Positions 62,673 to 64,000 of a stretch of 64,000 bases of DNA are shown piece after piece. Each line of letters starts with the position of its first letter. The stretch's first letter is position 1. Position numbers and translations under genes: made by a program. The notes beneath the pieces were generated by a model. The model was not told the DNA's origin. It searched no databases and saw only the letters and a list, made by a program, of their open reading frames with translations. The stretch is from the NCBI GenBank assembly GCA_903902515.1, contig CAIUVD010000069.1:11475-75474 (forward strand), written 5' to 3'. The DNA is from an uncultured Planctomycetota bacterium (lineage in GTDB: Bacteria > Planctomycetota > UBA11346).

Positions 62673-63146
62673 ATGCGTGTGACCCTGTTCTTGATCGGGA
62701 TGGCCCTGCTGGCTCCGATGCCGGTGTCGGCCGAGGTCACCACCACCCTCCAACTTGAGGCTCACGACGACGGTCTTCCGTCGGCTGGGCTCCAGTACCG
62801 CTGGTCGGTACTGGCGGCCCCGTCGGGTGGCCAGGTTCGCTTTACCCCCTCGGCCGAGGACCCGCAGCCCCAGGTGGCTTTCGACCTACCCGGGACCTAT
62901 CGCCTGGGGGTCGACGTCGGTGACGGTCATCTGACCACCCGCGCGTCGATGGAGATCGTGGTGCAGGCTTCATCGACGGTCACGACGCCGGAGGCCACCC
63001 AGGACACCTCCACCACGACGGATGCCGGTGGCGGATGTGGTGGCGGAAGTTCTCTGGCCATTCTGCTCGGGGCCTTGGGTCTGATCGGTTGCCTTAGCCG
63101 CCGCGCTTCGGCAGTTCCCTACCGAGGAACTTCACCACGGCCTTGA
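62673..63146 (+). CDS. Ig-like domain protein with Gly-rich linker and C-terminal TM anchor (PEP-CTERM-like but lacking PEP)
   Basis: Domain paralogous to the N-terminus of the previous gene (DDGLPSAGLQYRWSV...GTYRLGVDVGDGHLTT versus DDNLPRGNLTYTWSV...GTYKFRVEVYDGHLTT). C-terminus GGGCGGGSSLAILLGALGLIGCLSRRAS. Confidence 0.55.
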   Translation: MRVTLFLIGMALLAPMPVSAEVTTTLQLEAHDDGLPSAGLQYRWSVLAAPSGGQVRFTPSAEDPQPQVAFDLPGTYRLGVDVGDGHLTTRASMEIVVQASSTVTTPEATQDTSTTTDAGGGCGGGSSLAILLGALGLIGCLSRRASAVPYRGTSPRP

Positions 63147-63981
63147 GGTCTTCCCAGCAGGGCTTCTTGGCCGGGGGGTTTCGCAGCAAATAGGCGGGAT
63201 GGAAGGTCGGTAGCAGGGGGATGCCCCGCCAGTCCAGCATCTTGCCCCGCTGGGCGGTGATGCCGAGTTTGTCGTCGCCGGTCAGGGCCCGCAGGGGCGT
63301 GTTGCCGAGGGCCACGATGATCTTCGGTCGGATGGCCAGCAACTGCCGGTTCAGGTAGGGCAGGCAGGCGGCGACCTCGCCGGATTCCGGGGTGCGGTTG
63401 CCGGGCGGTCGGCATTTGACGACATTGGCGATGTACACGTCCTCGCGCCGGAACCCCATGGCCTGGATCATGGCCGTCAGCAGTTCCCCTGCCGCTCCAA
63501 CAAACGGCCGACCCTGGACGTCTTCATCGGCCCCCGGACCTTCGCCCACGAACACCAGTTCAGCGGCGGGATTGCCCTCGCCGGGCACGGTGTTGGTGCG
63601 GGTTTGGCACAGCCCGCAGGCCCGGCAGGCGGCGACCTGGGCGGCGATGGAGGTTAGTTCGGAGGCGGGTAATGGGGAGGGGGGAGGGTCGCCCCCGGTC
63701 CGGGGTCCGGGGTCCGGGGTCCGGGGTCTGGCGGGAACGATGATCGGTGGTGGTTCCGGCGTCGGTTCTGGGCTGTGGCTTCGCCCACGAGAGGTCGGGA
63801 GCACCGCTTGAGGATCCAGGAACTCCAGGCCAAAATCCTGGTCCAGGAGCAACTGTTCCCGCAAATCGGCCAACACCGATTCCCGATTATCGGGACCCCG
63901 GACCCCGGACCCCGGACCCCGGACATCATTACCCACCCTGCACCTCCATCCGCCCGCGAGCCGCCCGCCACAGCAGCACAT
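63094..63981 (-). CDS. Family-4 uracil-DNA glycosylase with N-terminal extension containing two (GGGGTCC)n-encoded tracts
   Basis: GEGPGADEDVQGRPFVGAAG and HPAYLLRNP motifs, plus the Cys cluster (CRACGLC...C), are UDG family 4. The N-terminal ~110 aa include VRGPGSGVRGPD and PRTPDPGPRTGG, which are encoded by the repeats. The true start is at or beyond 63981. Confidence 0.75.
   Translation of the reverse strand: MCCCGGRLAGGWRCRVGNDVRGPGSGVRGPDNRESVLADLREQLLLDQDFGLEFLDPQAVLPTSRGRSHSPEPTPEPPPIIVPARPRTPDPGPRTGGDPPPSPLPASELTSIAAQVAACRACGLCQTRTNTVPGEGNPAAELVFVGEGPGADEDVQGRPFVGAAGELLTAMIQAMGFRREDVYIANVVKCRPPGNRTPESGEVAACLPYLNRQLLAIRPKIIVALGNTPLRALTGDDKLGITAQRGKMLDWRGIPLLPTFHPAYLLRNPPAKKPCWEDLKAVVKFLGRELPKRGG
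63691..63722. repeat. (GGGGTCC)x4 heptamer repeat
   Basis: CCGGTCCGGGGTCCGGGGTCCGGGGTCCGGGGTCTGG. Lies inside the UDG N-terminal extension. Confidence 0.9.
63895..63925. repeat. (CCCCGGA)x4 heptamer repeat (opposite orientation)
   Basis: GGGACCCCGGACCCCGGACCCCGGACCCCGGACATC. Inverted relative to the 63691 copy 170 nt away. Confidence 0.9.
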
Positions 63982-64000
63982 TCGCCCCGCGCAGGGCGGC

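Noticed and set aside
1-64000. tRNA/rRNA/tmRNA genes
   Set aside because: No cloverleaf-compatible segments or conserved T-loop (GTTCGAATC-like) sequences were seen in any intergenic region. rRNA-like conserved blocks are absent.

Overview
High-GC (~68%) chromosomal window, gene content typical of the Planctomycetes/Verrucomicrobia (PVC) group: DUF1559-type prepilin-like proteins, a split PVC-type GSDH/heme-binding pair, and many secreted glycoside hydrolases and heparinase II/III paralogs. Long antisense ORFs are common and were discounted using motif content, signal peptides and gene-overlap patterns.

Main blocks:
- 244-2814: XRE-cupin regulator divergent from a polytopic membrane protein, separated by an array of TGGCAAT palindromes.
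- 13315 down to 3384 (minus strand): long operon of secreted redox/beta-propeller proteins (PQQ-type GSDH, CxxCH heme domain, LVIVD protein, PKD/beta-propeller/di-heme peroxidase-like protein, beta-propeller, beta-barrel), then a SpoU methyltransferase and an M1 aminopeptidase. An ECF sigma/anti-sigma pair (13501-15404) is divergent from it.
- 15421-20278: single-chain RHH-PIN protein translationally coupled to a small Rieske ferredoxin, then nadA, trpC, dapF and two DUF4230-like genes.
- 20294-28756: MsbA-like ABC exporter; lactonase + Fe-alcohol dehydrogenase + CoA-acylating aldehyde dehydrogenase cassette with a divergent LacI regulator (candidate gamma-butyrolactone/4-hydroxybutyrate catabolism); dnaG.
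- 28956-30140: orphan AAA ATPase flanked by a repeat array and a perfect palindrome.
- 31187-47077: polysaccharide-utilisation region with GH31, two AraC regulators, a CBM-like protein, two DUF1559 proteins, a mutarotase-like protein, GH5, three tandem heparinase II/III paralogs and an outer-membrane beta-barrel.
- 47100-49800: low-GC insertion-like segment carrying a DUF4419-like gene interrupted by one in-frame TAG, bounded by ~90-bp direct repeats and a frameshifted VOC pseudogene.
- 49806-53093: response regulator, AraC regulator, Gfo/Idh/MocA-ThuA fusion.
- 60211 down to 53114 (minus strand): tightly overlapped operon GH74-like / GH27 / CE7 / GH36-like.
- 60299-63146: low-GC beta-helix gene plus two Ig-like secreted proteins.
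- 63094-63981: family-4 uracil-DNA glycosylase with an N-terminal extension.

Two non-coding signals recur across the window. A G-quadruplex-competent heptamer minisatellite (GGGGTCC)n sits at five loci, abutting stop codons and even translated inside two ORFs. A conserved 16-nt motif TTGCGGATCTGTGAYC lies upstream of seven exported-protein genes and likely defines a regulon.

No tRNA, rRNA or CRISPR array was found. Coordinates derived from my manual indexing may be off by 1-3 nt.
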